Origin: the human T2T-CHM13v2.0 reference genome, Homo sapiens
NCBI RefSeq assembly: GCF_009914755.1
Contig: NC_060925.1
Strand: one strand, 5' to 3'
Length of the DNA: 64,000 bases
Positions 29,621-45,540 of the stretch are shown here, piece by piece (within the stretch, counting starts at the first letter, position 1; each line of letters opens with the position of its first letter). The notes under the pieces are model-generated. The model saw nothing but the letters and a program-made list of their open reading frames with translations, ran no database searches and was not told where the DNA came from. The translations under genes were made by a program, and so were the position numbers.

Positions 29621-31017
29621 ACTACATGTTATACTCCATTTGGCTTATTATCTCAAGAACCTTGTAAAGTAGGCAAAGTGAATATTCATATTTTATAGGT
29701 GAGGAAGGATTAAGTAGGTTTCATCCACATTCACATAGTTGGCCTCAAGGCAGAACTCTGAAAACTTCTAGGGACTTCTTTGCCCCATTTCCTTCTTTTC
29801 CTTTCCTTGAATTTTTTTTGCTGCCTCTCCCATGTACTTGCTGGGAAGTCTTGGACTTATCACTTAAATTTCACTTCTTTTTTTTTTTAAAGGACTCTAT
29901 TAGTACAGGATTGATTCCTGAAAATATATTTAAAGAACCAGGACAGAACTTGGGGAATAATTCTGCACTCTACAATCCCCATGACTTTGGGGTGTGGGCA
30001 CCATCTGTGAATCTGCTTTCTTTCTGAGTTATGGGCAAGATATAAGCATGGGTTTCTTCTACTCCTAGATTCCATATTTACCAGAGAATTCTATGGTTCC
30101 TGTTCCTTATAATGGCTGGAGGAGAAAGAGGAATAGGGCAGGCCTTATTTGGTGATTAACTTTTGTACATTATATTCTCCAACTGTTCTTTTTTTCCCCT
30201 AGCTTGGAAAATTATATTTGTCTAGGATATTTGTTTATTAGAGGTGATTATGCGGGAGGAGGTTTGGAGCAAATTTTTCCTTGTCTCATACTCTAACGTC
30301 TTCCAAGTATTTCTCTGTTACACCTAAGCTGTTTTTTTAAAATATAAAAATTATAATTTGATTTTTTAATTTTTAATCTTCATTTCCTCCAGTGACAGCC
30401 TACCTTTGCAGCAATACTGGTTTCTTATTTCTGAGTCTAAATGGAAAAATGTCACAGAGTAAAACAGATGTGCACAGGAAAAGGGAGAAATAAAAGCACA
30501 CCAGTTTATTATATTGCATACTATCAACATTGTCATTATTGTCAATATTATTGAATCATAATTAGTTTAATAAACATTTCTTTATTGTTCCTAAAAGCAA
30601 CCTATGCACATTGTATCCATAAAAGCCAAGTAAAGCATGCTGTGGACACTCTGGCAATCATCTAGCCACCTCCTAAATTATTTATGACATAGCTCCTGTA
30701 TCCTTTCAGCTCCTAGCTCCTGGCCCTTAGCTTGAGGGCTTCAGGTATCCCTGAATTTTGGTTTCCCTGCCTGGGTTCAGAATACTTACCGCTGAACTAT
30801 TGACTCTTCCCTTCCTGACTCTTTCAACTAAAAGTCACTACCCTTTTTTTGCCCCCAGGGACGCAAGCCTCAGCACAGATCCTGCCCAGCTGACACACAG
30901 ACTATTTTCAAGGTTGGGTGATAAAAACATTGTAAGGGAATAAAGAATCAATGGCTCCAGCCAAAGTTTCTCCCGCTCTTTTTGTCTCTTTCTTTCTGTC
31001 TGAAAGAAAAAAAAGAT

Positions 31018-31240
31018 GTGCTCCAAAGTATGCAAACATTTATTGTGAAACATACTTCCCCTTTCTGTATAAAACGATGTAAATACATCCGCTAACATAT
31101 GGGTCCATGTGTTCCTTCACTAAGGTGTGATGAGACTCGGCGCGGCATATCCACCAGGTGATGGGAGCCTGCCGCGGTGCGGGCGCAAGTGTTGCTGTCT
31201 CCTGAAGCAGGTGCACGGAAGCCCATGTGAGCAGAAGGCC
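31018..31240 (-). other. Candidate terminal exon of a minus-strand (probably non-coding) transcript
   Basis: Acceptor cacttttccttcacag|, AATAAA at 31044-31039, downstream T-rich tract; CpG cluster. Confidence 0.35.
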
Positions 31241-31444
31241 CTGTGAAGGAAAAGTGTGGTTACTCAGACCCACAGCTTTAACACGGGAGTATAAGGTTCC
31301 AAGTTAACTCTGTTTATTTAGCACCTTCTGTTTGAACTTACAGGGCTTTAGATCTTATTAAGTCCTAAAAAATCACCTTACAGAATAAAAATTATAGCCA
31401 CATCAGCTGAGAGCTGAGGATGCAGAGATTAGGTGAACTTTCTA

Positions 31445-31908
31445 CAGTAGTGATTCTCAAATTTTAACATCTTAAGAATCACTCAGAAGGCTGTAAAATG
31501 CAGATTAAATAGAAGAAATAAGCTCCCAGTACAGTAGGAATGATTTAGTTAATAATTTATTGCATATTTCAAAAGAGCTTGAAGAGAACATTTGTAATGT
31601 TTCCAACACAAAGAAAAGTTACATGTTTGGAGTGAAGGATATTCCAATTACCCTTATTTGATCACTACACACTGTATACAGGTATCAAAATATCACATGT
31701 ACCCAAAAAAAGTATGACTATTATATATTGATAAAAATAAATAAATTTTAAAAATACACAAACTCCTGGGTATGACATGGCTCTCCCCCAACCCACGCCG
31801 AGTTTCTAATTCAGTAGTTCTGGAGTGGGGCTGTACAATTTGCATTTCAAACATGTTCCTAGTTGATACCGATGCTGCTGGTCCAAGAACCACACTTTGA
31901 AAAACACT
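31445..31908. mobile_element. MER5A split by an L1MA 3' end (~31508-31760, +)
   Basis: gattctcaaatttt...agaatcac and atttgcatttc...gatgctgctggtcc...ccacactttga flank caacacaaagaaa...atcacatgtaccc. Confidence 0.75.
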
Positions 31909-32194
31909 TCTTTAACACACAATGCACATGACTGAGGTCAAAAACCCTGATAAACTAAAGTCAGAAACACCAGACAGCAGCACTCTAAAAGGTACTATTA
32001 ATCAAAACCAGAAAAGAAAAGAAAGTCATCATGCTTGGGAAGAGGGACAGGGAAGAAAACTGGATACCAGGCCCATCAGACTGGAGCAGTGCTGTCAATG
32101 TTTACTTTCAAATGCTACCCTCTTAACTGCTTTACTCTTTTGTCATATAGTAAACTTAGATAACACGAAAAGATAGGACTTCCAAACAGAAATA

Positions 32195-32197
<3 letters not shown>

Positions 32198-32235
<38 letters not shown>
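32198..32235. repeat. (TG)19 microsatellite
   Basis: Seen directly. Confidence 0.97.
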
Positions 32236-32238
<3 letters not shown>

Positions 32239-33020
32239 ATAGGAATAGGTGAGACTCCTTACAGCTCATTGATTCATTGATTGAAGTTCTTCTAAGCATG
32301 GGCACCCCATTGGCTATGGGAGAAGCGGGAATGGACTAAAGGTACTGCTCTTGACTTTGGAGATCTCATAATCTAGCAAATGTGTCCACCCTAAATCAGA
32401 TCATGACACATGCCAGACACAGAGAGAGGATGGTTTAATTAATGCTAATTTGAAAGAGGTGGTGTCAGAAGAGGCTCCATGGAGGAGGTGACATTTAAAT
32501 GGATCTAGAAGGATGAGCAGGGATTTAACTGGCAGGGACATTTGAAGAATAGCATTTGTCTACTATGTGAAAAGAAAAATAGTTTTCTTTTCCAAGGAAG
32601 GAATAATTTTTCATCTCAGAATCATTTTCATCCATATTGAAAGAAACCTATTATTTAATGTCAGTAGGCTTCCAAAATGAAGGTAAAATATAGAATAGAG
32701 AGTAGTTGGAATAAATACATTTCACAAAGGCAAAATATCTCCCTGAGTAGAAAGCTTTTTTTTTTTTAATCCTTATCTCTTTCCTGCTGACATGCCTCAA
32801 GGGAGCGTTTTATTTAAAGTTGTTGAATTTCCTGAATTCCACTGTGTGTTTCAGCAAACTTCTTAGAGTCAGAGTGTGAAACAAAGAAAATTTGTACTAC
32901 CAAAACACCCTTAACATTCCACAGGCAGCTTATTGGTTGGAAGAATTAGCTATAGGTGTTAATAATAGTAAAATACAGTAATCATAATATGCATTGCTTT
33001 ATAATTTCCACTAATAGATT

Positions 33021-33410
33021 TGTATTATGCTGCTTGGGCTGGTATAACAAAATACTGTAGCAGAGTGGCTTAGACAATAGAAATTTACTTCTCACAGTTT
33101 TGGAGGCTGGAAGTCCAAGATCAACATGCTGGCAGGGTTGGTATCTGGTGAGACCTTTCTTCCTGGCTTGCAGGTGGCTGCCTTCTCACTGTCCTTATGT
33201 GGCCTTTGCGCTGTGTGCACACAGAGAGAGGAATCCCTGAGAGCTCTTCTTTTTCTTGTAAGGACACCAGTCCTATCAGACTAAGGCCCCATATTAATGA
33301 CCTAATTTTAACCTCAATTACCCCTTACACACCATATCTCCAAATACAGTCACATCAGGGGTTAGAGCTCAACACAAAAATTTGGGGGGGACATAATTCA
33401 GTCCACAATA
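33021..33410 (-). mobile_element. MLT1A-like solo LTR
   Basis: ctcacagttttggaggctggaagtccaagatcaa...aaggacaccagtcctatc. Confidence 0.8.
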
Positions 33411-33599
33411 ATGCTGTAAGTTTCTCAAGGTTAGCTTATTATATTTGTCCCCTGTACTTCCTAATCCATTTCCTCATACACAGTAGGCCATTTGACTTGA
33501 ATGGACTCACATTTACTCCCACAGTGAATTATCCTAGCAGCACCATGAGTTGGGCAGGGGAGCTATTATTATCACCCCAAATTTACACATGAACAATCA

Positions 33600-33810
33600 T
33601 GGATCACAGTAAGTATATAGTATACGCCAAGCACTTGTTCAAAGCTCTGCATAAATTGACTATCATTATTCTTCTTTCATTAATGAGGAAATTGAAGCCC
33701 AGAGAGGTTAAATAATTGCCCAAGATGACATTTATTAAATGGCAAAGCCAGTATTCAAACCCTGGCAGGCCAGCTCCAGACCCCACAATTTTAGCCATGA
33801 CGCTATGCAT
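33600..33810 (-). mobile_element. MIR
   Basis: atgaggaaattgaagcccagagaggttaaataattgcccaag. Confidence 0.75.
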
Positions 33811-33867
33811 CCTCTCCTGATGGCCACCAAAGTCCTGTGGCTTACCAAAGCTTTCTTATTTGGTGGC

Positions 33868-34306
33868 TGTATTAGTGCCCTAGGGCTGCCATAACAAGTT
33901 ACCACAAACTTGGTGGCTTAAAACAATGGAGATTTATTCTCTCCCAGCGATGCAAGCCAGAAGTCCAAAATCAAAGGACTGGCAGGGCCCCATAGCTTCC
34001 ATCCCTGGTCTCTTTAGCTTCTGGTGGCTCCAGGGAGCTCTTGGCTTGTAGCAGCATCACTCCGACGTCTACCTCCGTTCATACATGGCCTTATCCTGTC
34101 TCTGGGACTCTCTTCTGTGTAACTTATGTAAGAATAATTGTCATTGGATTTAGAGCCCACCTAGATAACCCAGGATAATCTCACCTGAAGATTTTTACCT
34201 TAATTACATCCACATAGTACTTTTTTTCCAAATAAGGTCACATTCACAAGTTCTGAAAGCAGAATGTGGACATACCTTTTGAGATACCACCATCGAGCCC
34301 ACTACT
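33868..34306 (-). mobile_element. MLT1C/D-like solo LTR
   Basis: tgtattag...agggctgccataacaagttaccacaaacttggtggcttaaaacaa. Confidence 0.8.
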
Positions 34307-34621
34307 GCACAAATAGCAACCTATAATCCAGGAAATGGAGTAATATCAATACATCCTCTGCCTGGCATTTTTTCCTAGAATCTTATCCTCTTTCCCCCTT
34401 CCCAGACTCATCTACATGGGTACTCTGGTTCCCATCATGTAAAACATGCCCAACCCTTAGTTATGAGTAGTTGACTCATGGTGCATACTAACTCAAACTT
34501 ATCTAAGATGTACCTTCCCTAAGAAGTTTCAGCTTGAGACAAAGAGAGAAATGGGACAAAAGCAGGTTTTTTTATTTGGTTGGTTGGTTGCTTTGTTGTT
34601 CTTGGAAGCCATGTTTACCAG

Positions 34622-34770
34622 CAGGGCTGGGCTAGGTTGAGCTGAGACAAGCAAGGGACCTAGGGTACCAAACTTAGGGATTGGCACATGCAAGGCACTG
34701 AGAGTGACAGCCTCATTAAATTTGAGGCCTAAGGTGTCTTACTTGCCTCATTCTAATCCTCCTGACCTTG
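34622..34770. mobile_element. Palindromic hAT MITE (MER91A-like)
   Basis: cagggctgggctaggttgag ... cttgcctcattctaatcc...ccttg; degenerate inverted arms. Confidence 0.5.
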
Positions 34771-35861
34771 TTTCTTGGCATGAGCAGCAGAGGATTACAG
34801 GAGACCCTGGTGGCAGAGGCAGGGGGACAGAGATATGAAAGAGAGAGAGAACTGGTGGTATTCTAGCCACTGGTTCTAGTTTTCTTGAAGTTTAGTAAGA
34901 TCTCTGTTATTTGGTTCTATTACCTGCTTCAGTATCCATATTAATATATTCTTTTTTCTAGTATTATTAATATTATTATCATGATTAGTTTAAACTTGTT
35001 TGAGTTGGTTTTCTATCATTTGCAACCAAAAGAATTCCAAACTAAAGTCTAGGTGTTTTAACCCCTTATCCTTACTTTCCCATTATTTCCTAATATGAGG
35101 AGACTGAAGCAAAGAGAGAAAGATGATTTCCATGAAGCCATAGCACCTATGAAAGTGCAAACCCTGGTCTCTGCATGACAACCTCCACGTGGTTAAGAAG
35201 GTTCTCTCAAAGACATGAAACTGGCTCCTCCTTGCTTTGGTTTTTCATAAAATTTGTATATTTTGTCCTTTCAGTGTGTAGACAGGTAGAAACTTTAATT
35301 GGTGATTTAAGAAAATCTGTATGAGCATCAGTGATCATACTACGCACTTGGGTGCTAATGAAATATATTTGGCCATTTTACCATGCACGAAGTGGGCCAG
35401 AATGCTGTGTTTTTATTATTCTACTGTGGCTGTTCATGGATTTTCTTCTTTTCTCATCCGTAGCTTTGAATATACCTGCTGCTTCTAATATGCCATTTTT
35501 AATGTTTTAGAAAAATCAAAGGGTAAATAAATTAGCATAGACCAATTAACACTTCATTTTTAAGCTTATAACCAAAACGATATAAATCCCCTCTGGAAAC
35601 TGTTGATCTCACTCTGACCTCAAACACGTCTTCCTTGTATCAGAGACAGAAAAGAAAATGCTCTAAATAGAGCCACCATAAAATCATCTTCCAATACAAT
35701 GCCTTCTCCTCTTCCTTCTACAAAATAGAACCTTTCGTAGAAAGATAAAAGGAATTATAGAATGTATTCAATAAGGTCAATTTTCTTCTGTCTCATTTCC
35801 TGGTTTTCTTATATGGGACATGGTTTTATTTCTGTCTATGAGCACCATCCCCTTTGAAGTT

Positions 35862-36186
35862 ATCATCATGGACCACATAACGACGTTTCCCTCAATGACA
35901 GACCACATATACTACAGTGGTCCCAGAAGATTGTAGTACTATATTTTTATTTTTACTGTACCTTTTCTATTTTTAGATATGTTTAGATACATAACTATTA
36001 CCATTGTGTTACAATTGCCTACAATATTCAGTACAGTAACGTGCTGTACAGGTTTGTAGCCTAGGGCAACAGGCTGTGCCATAGCCTAGGTTTGTGTTAA
36101 GTACACTAGATGATGTTCCCACAACATCAAAATTGCCCAGATGTATTTGTCAGAGCCTACCCACTTCATTACATGATGCATGACTG
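35862..36186. mobile_element. Tigger3/MER7-type DNA transposon
   Basis: ttaccattgtgttacaattgcctac...tgctgtacaggtttgtagcctag...gcatgactg|ta. Confidence 0.85.
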
Positions 36187-37679
36187 TAATAGCAATAACT
36201 GCCATTTGCTGAGTACCTCGTCTATCACAGGAATTTTACAGTCTCTCTCATTTAACCCTCACAAGCCTCTTATTTAAAAATTAACAGCCCCTTTTTATAA
36301 TGAGAACTACTCCGGTTTAAGGAGGGTAAGTAGGTTGCTCAATGCCGCAGACCTAGAGAATATTAAAGCCAGGATGTAGGACCCAGCGCCTGCATTCTTT
36401 CCATGGTACCAGGCAGGGTCAGAGTGTGTCTGCCCTTTGCAAGCATTTACCTTTTCTCCAAGGGAAAGAATAAAGGAAGTCTTGGGATCTGCTGTGTTCC
36501 TGGGCAGTTCACATTGACTGGTCATCTACCTGAATTTATTTCAGAGTAGCCAAGTAATCTATTCTACTCCAACACAGCTGAGAGTATCTTCCCTGCTCCA
36601 AAACCAAGCCCAGCACCAGGTTGGTTGACTTCTGCCTGATATACATTAAGTTGATAAATTTTTCCCTGTCTCTTTTCCTGTTGCAGTCCTTAGTGCATTT
36701 TTCTTCATTTGCTAAACGTTTAATGTTCTCTTTTTCATTTTCAAACTCTTTCCCATACAGCTAGTATCTCTTTATTTCCCCTGGGCTGTTTTATTTCCCT
36801 ACATTGTTCATCATATGTGATAATATTAACAATCTGTAACGGGGCTTCAGAAGACTAGCTTCTCACTTTGGCCCTTTCCAGACTGATGCGACTATGGGCA
36901 AGTCACTTTCACTCACTGAGCTTTATTGCCCTTGTTTGTTAAATGGAAAATTGCATTTTAGAGTCTCTAAGATCCTTGCCAGCTGATCCGTCTGCCAGTT
37001 TCACTACACGGTGATCTGCAAAACCCTCTCTGTTGTGAATAAATAAGACACCACCACGCCACCTCCTTCATTACTCTCTTTCCCAAAAGAAAAGTCTCCC
37101 ACAGGCTGTCTTCCAAAGGTAAGAGGAGGAATTAACTTATTCTTCATACTCCTGGATGCCTTCCACATCATCATTTGACACTCATTTATTTAACTAACAA
37201 TTACTGACACCTAACAGGTCAAGCCCAATGACTCTGTGTTGGCACCTAGAGATTCAGATGAGAAAAGTGCAAACCCTATCATCAGAGACACAAACTGGCA
37301 CATAAGAGAAACACAGAGAGGAGAAAATCTCTCATCATGGCAGGTGCTGGCACTAAGAACATTCTTCCAGAAGTGTTTATAGTGAAGCTAAGTCTCAAAA
37401 GCTGATTAGTGAGGTGTTTAAGTGCCCAGACTCTGCAGTCAGACAGATCTAAGATCAATGTCACCTCAAATAATCACTAGCTATATGACCTTGAACAAGT
37501 TACTTGACCTTTCTATGCCTCACTTTTCTTCATCTGTAAAATGAAAATCAAATTACTAAATTCTTAGGATTTTGGGGAAGAGTAATATTTATTAACTAAA
37601 AACATAAAGTATATACTACTATGCTAAATCCCAAGAATGTTGTAGTAAGAAACACATTATAAATGTATATAATGATATT

Positions 37680-38254
37680 CAGTCATACATCATATAATGA
37701 CATTTTGGTCAACAATGACTGCATATACAAAAGTAGTCCCATAAGATTATAATACGGTATTTTTAGTGTACCTTTCCTATGTTTAGATAGGTTTAATACA
37801 CAAATACTTACCACTGTGTTACAACTGCCTGCAGTGTTCAGTATAGTAACATGCTGTACAGATTTGTAACCTAAGGGCAATAGACTATGTCATATAGTCT
37901 AGGTATATAGTGGGGTATATATACCATCTAGGTTTGTGTAAGTACACTCTATGACAGGGGTGTCCAATCTTTTGGCTTCCCTGGGCACACTGGAAGAAGA
38001 AGAATTGTCTTGGGCCACACATAAAATACACTAACACTAATAATAGCTGATAAGCTAAAGAAAATCACAAAAAAACTCACAATGTTTTAGGAAAGTTTAC
38101 AAATTTGTGTTAGGCCACATTTAAAGCTGTCCTGCTGCATGTGGCCTACAAACCGCAGGTTGGACAAACTTGATCTATGATATGTTCGCACAATGATTAA
38201 ATGGCCTAATGATGCATTTCTCAGAGCATAGCCCCATCATTAAGCAACATATGA
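37680..38254. mobile_element. Tigger3/MER7-type element interrupted by MER30
   Basis: cagtcat...ttaccactgtgttacaactgcct; same family and orientation as 35862-36186. Confidence 0.85.
37955..38172. mobile_element. MER30 (hAT-Charlie)
   Basis: caggggtgtccaatcttttggcttccctggg...ggttggacaaacttg; 8-bp TSD ctctatga/atctatga. Confidence 0.9.
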
Positions 38255-38282
38255 ATACATACACAGACACACACATTCTCAA

Positions 38283-38283
<1 letters not shown>

Positions 38284-38313
<30 letters not shown>
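38284..38313. repeat. (TG)15 microsatellite
   Basis: Seen directly. Confidence 0.95.
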
Positions 38314-38317
<4 letters not shown>

Positions 38318-38679
38318 GTCTCAAAAAGTTCCAGGTACGATTATAAACACTTTGTGTGTCTTAATTCATTTAATACTCACTGTGACCCTATGATTTAAGT
38401 ACTATTATTATTATTCCCATTTTAGAGATGAAGAAACAGGCACAAGAAGAATAAGTGATTACTCCAAGCTGCCAGAGCCTGAATTCTGACCAAGACCGTC
38501 TGTCTCTGGAGTCTATTCTCTCAACTACTGTGCCTCCTGCCTCTACTAACCTAACCACAACCCTCTGCCACCTTGATACAGTCCTGTGAGCTCTGAAGTG
38601 CAGTAAGCCCTTGTGGAGCTGTCAGTATAGCGGAGAAACACAATCAAACAAAACAGTAATCATGAACCGTGAAATCACT

Positions 38680-39022
38680 TCCCGGGCTTCTGGGCTCCTG
38701 GACTGGTTTAGGACCCAGGCCTGTCCAGTTAGATTACTACATCCTATAGAGATTGGTTCAGCGATCTGCACATGACCTAAACTGACCCTAGAATTGTTGC
38801 TAGAATGAATGGGAAAGGAGAGTTCTTTTCAGTAGAGTTGGCTGGAGCTGCTAGTGCCAGGGCCAGCTTGAGCCTGAAGCCAACAGAGAAACAGGAAGAG
38901 CCATGAGACCAGGAGAAACAGATCCCTGGCAAGAACCACTCCTGCATCCTGAGCCACTCAAAGCTCTGTTTGTTTAAGCCATTTTGGTTAGGTTTCTGTC
39001 ACTTTCACATGACTCCTAACAC
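38680..39022 (+). mobile_element. Old MaLR LTR (MLT1K/L-like)
   Basis: gattggttcag...cacatgacctaa; tttaagccattttggttaggtttctgtcactt. Confidence 0.55.
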
Positions 39023-40604
39023 ACTCCGGAAAGTATATGTAATTCACTTTACACAGTACCACTAACCACCTGGTAGCTATGTGTACAGCCGTTTTTAAAG
39101 AACAAGTAAGAGTTAATCAAATATAGAAGCAAAAATTGTTCTCGGTAGAGGAACATGAATGTGCAATAGCACAGAGGTACAAGAGATCATTGCTTATTAA
39201 AGGAGAGTGAATTCCAGAGTAATGCAGCTGTAACATCCAGACCTCATCTTATTATTGTCTTCAACTGACCTCCAGATAATTCACCTTTAATGAGAACTTC
39301 AGTAACTGGCCAGGAATTTCCCTCTTCATTTCTTTCCACACCCTGGAAAATTTTAAGCATCTACGCAGATATATTCTAATTTGCTATTTCTCCTTCATTT
39401 ATAGTGAATTGGCTGAAACTGCCAGATTACTGATCTCAAGGCATTGGGTCTTTGAGATCAGCAATAACACCATGTTTCTGTAAGTCTTACTAAGCATCTT
39501 TACCAGGCTGGTCTAGTGCATCCTAGGACTCAGCCCTTCCTGATCAACCTGTCCTTCTGCATGTAAACTATTATGATGTTTATTTCATGGTAAAGAAATA
39601 GAGTCTCAGCAAGGTGATGTAGTTGACTTGAAATTGCAGTTTGGCTGTGGTGGTGCTGGGACCTGTCCCACTCCCAAGCCTATGCTTTTTGCATTATGTG
39701 GCCTTGGTTAACACTTTGGTCCTCACTGAAACATGAGATTTGGCCATAATACTATCATCCATTGCCATTGTATGATTTTCCAGAGTTCCTTTGTATACAT
39801 CCTCAAACTCTTATAAAGGCTTATGGGACTGTGCCTTAATTCCACATTGAAGACAGTACAGTATCCCCACCAGTTGCCCACTGGGAGAGATGTCAATGAG
39901 AGAAAACGTGCAACAATCGGCCAAACTTCCCTTGTCAATCCCTGGCTGATTGTACTGGGGCCTCTTTGTTGGAGTCACTGGAAATGTCACTTGCAAGGGG
40001 CACATTGTAGAGGCCATGAATTTGAAATGTAGAATACCAGGTCTCTTTATGCTGTGTGACTTTCATTTCGATCAGACTAGATATCTGTTTTGTGAGCTAC
40101 TTAGGAATCCATATTGCCTTTCAGTTCTTCATTATCTCATTGGACCACTGACTGAAATGGCCTCTTCACTGACCTTCCTGCTTCCACTCTTGCTTTGCAC
40201 ATGCCCCTTCCACACTCAAGTCCAGGAGAGCTTTCTGCACTATGATGAATTGCACATACCTTCCCTTCAACCTACTAACCTTTCCCATCTAGGTCAGGGA
40301 AAAAAGAACATATGCTGGTTATAGAGAAGCCATTTGTGCCTGAATCTATAGGATGATTCTTTCTTTATAATATAAACCCAAGGTATAGAGGAGACAAAGC
40401 AATTCTTATCAATATGTGGCCAGAATTGTTATTTTTCAAGAAATTGGGTCAAAGTCTTAGTAATAGGATAAATGATCAGGCTTCACGGAAATGCAGACTT
40501 AGGACATAAAATCTAAAATCCTTACTAATGACTGTAAGCACATCTTTATTGGCCTCTGTACCAGAGGTCACATCTTCCACCACATCCTACCCCTACTTAC
40601 TGGA

Positions 40605-44385
<3,781 letters not shown>

Positions 44386-44611
44386 TTCTCACCTGAGTGA
44401 TCAGCATACTCAACACAACTTTAATCAAAATTCCAAAAGCCTTCTTTTGTAGGAATCAGTAAGCTGAGCCTAAAATTTATGTGAAAATGCAAAGGACCTA
44501 GAATAGCTAAACAACTTTGAAAATTACAAAAAAAAAAAACAAAGTTTGAGGACTTAAAAACTGTCTGATTTCAAGACTAACTGGGAAGATTCAGTATTCC
44601 AAACAGTTTGG

Positions 44612-44840
44612 TATTAGCTAAAATATATATATTATTTATATATATATTTATATTTATATATAATATATAATTTATATTTATTATATATTTTAATATATTT
44701 AGCTAATAAATATTGTTTATATGTAATTTATATTTATTATATATTATAATATTATTTTATATATTTAGCTAATATATATTATTTATATATAGTTACATAT
44801 TTTATTGTTATTGGTGATTATATTTATATACATATATATG
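44612..44840. repeat. AT-rich low-complexity tract
   Basis: Almost pure A/T with ttagctaa recurring three times. Confidence 0.9.
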
Positions 44841-45249
44841 TAACAGAATAGCGAATTTAGAAGTAGGTCCGCACAAATGTGGTCAGTTGATTTCTGACAA
44901 AGATGCCAAGCCAATTAAAGGTGGAAATGAAAGTCATTCAACAAATGGTGTCGGATCAATTAGATACCAATACAAAAGTGAACACCAGATCTTACATAAA
45001 CAAAATGTACTCTAAATGGATCACAAAACTAAATGTAAAACCTAAAACAAAACCTCTAAAATAATGCATATGAGAAAATGCTTTTTATCCTTGGAGGTTG
45101 GCAAAGTTTTCTTAGATAGAACACAAAGAACATGAGCCATAAAGGAAAGAAATAATATATTGAACCTCATTAAGATTTTAAGTTTTGCACTTAAAAATAT
45201 GTCATTAAGAATGCCAAAAGGCAAGTCACAAAAAATATTTCCAAAATAG

Positions 45250-45540
45250 ACTGGGTGCAGTGGCTCATACCTGTAATCCCAACATTTTGGGAGGCTGAGG
45301 AGGCCAGAGGATCATTACAGCCCAGGAGTTCCAGACCAGCTCAGGCAGCATAGTGCAACCCCATCTCTACAAAAAATTTTAAAAAATTAGCCTGGCATGC
45401 TGGCACACACCTGTGGTCTGAGATACTCAGGAGGGTGGAGGGGGCTGAGGTGGGAGGATAGCTTGAGCCTAGGCAGTCAATGCTGCAGTGAGCCATGATT
45501 GTGCTACTCTACTCTAGTCTGGGTGACAGAGCAAGACTGT
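45250..45540 (+). mobile_element. AluJ lacking its poly(A) tail
   Basis: ctgggtgcagtggctcatacctgtaatccc...gggtgacagagcaagactgt. Confidence 0.9.

Noticed and set aside
39950-40324. 124-aa ORF
   Set aside because: Non-ATG start, no recognisable domain, no supporting gene structure
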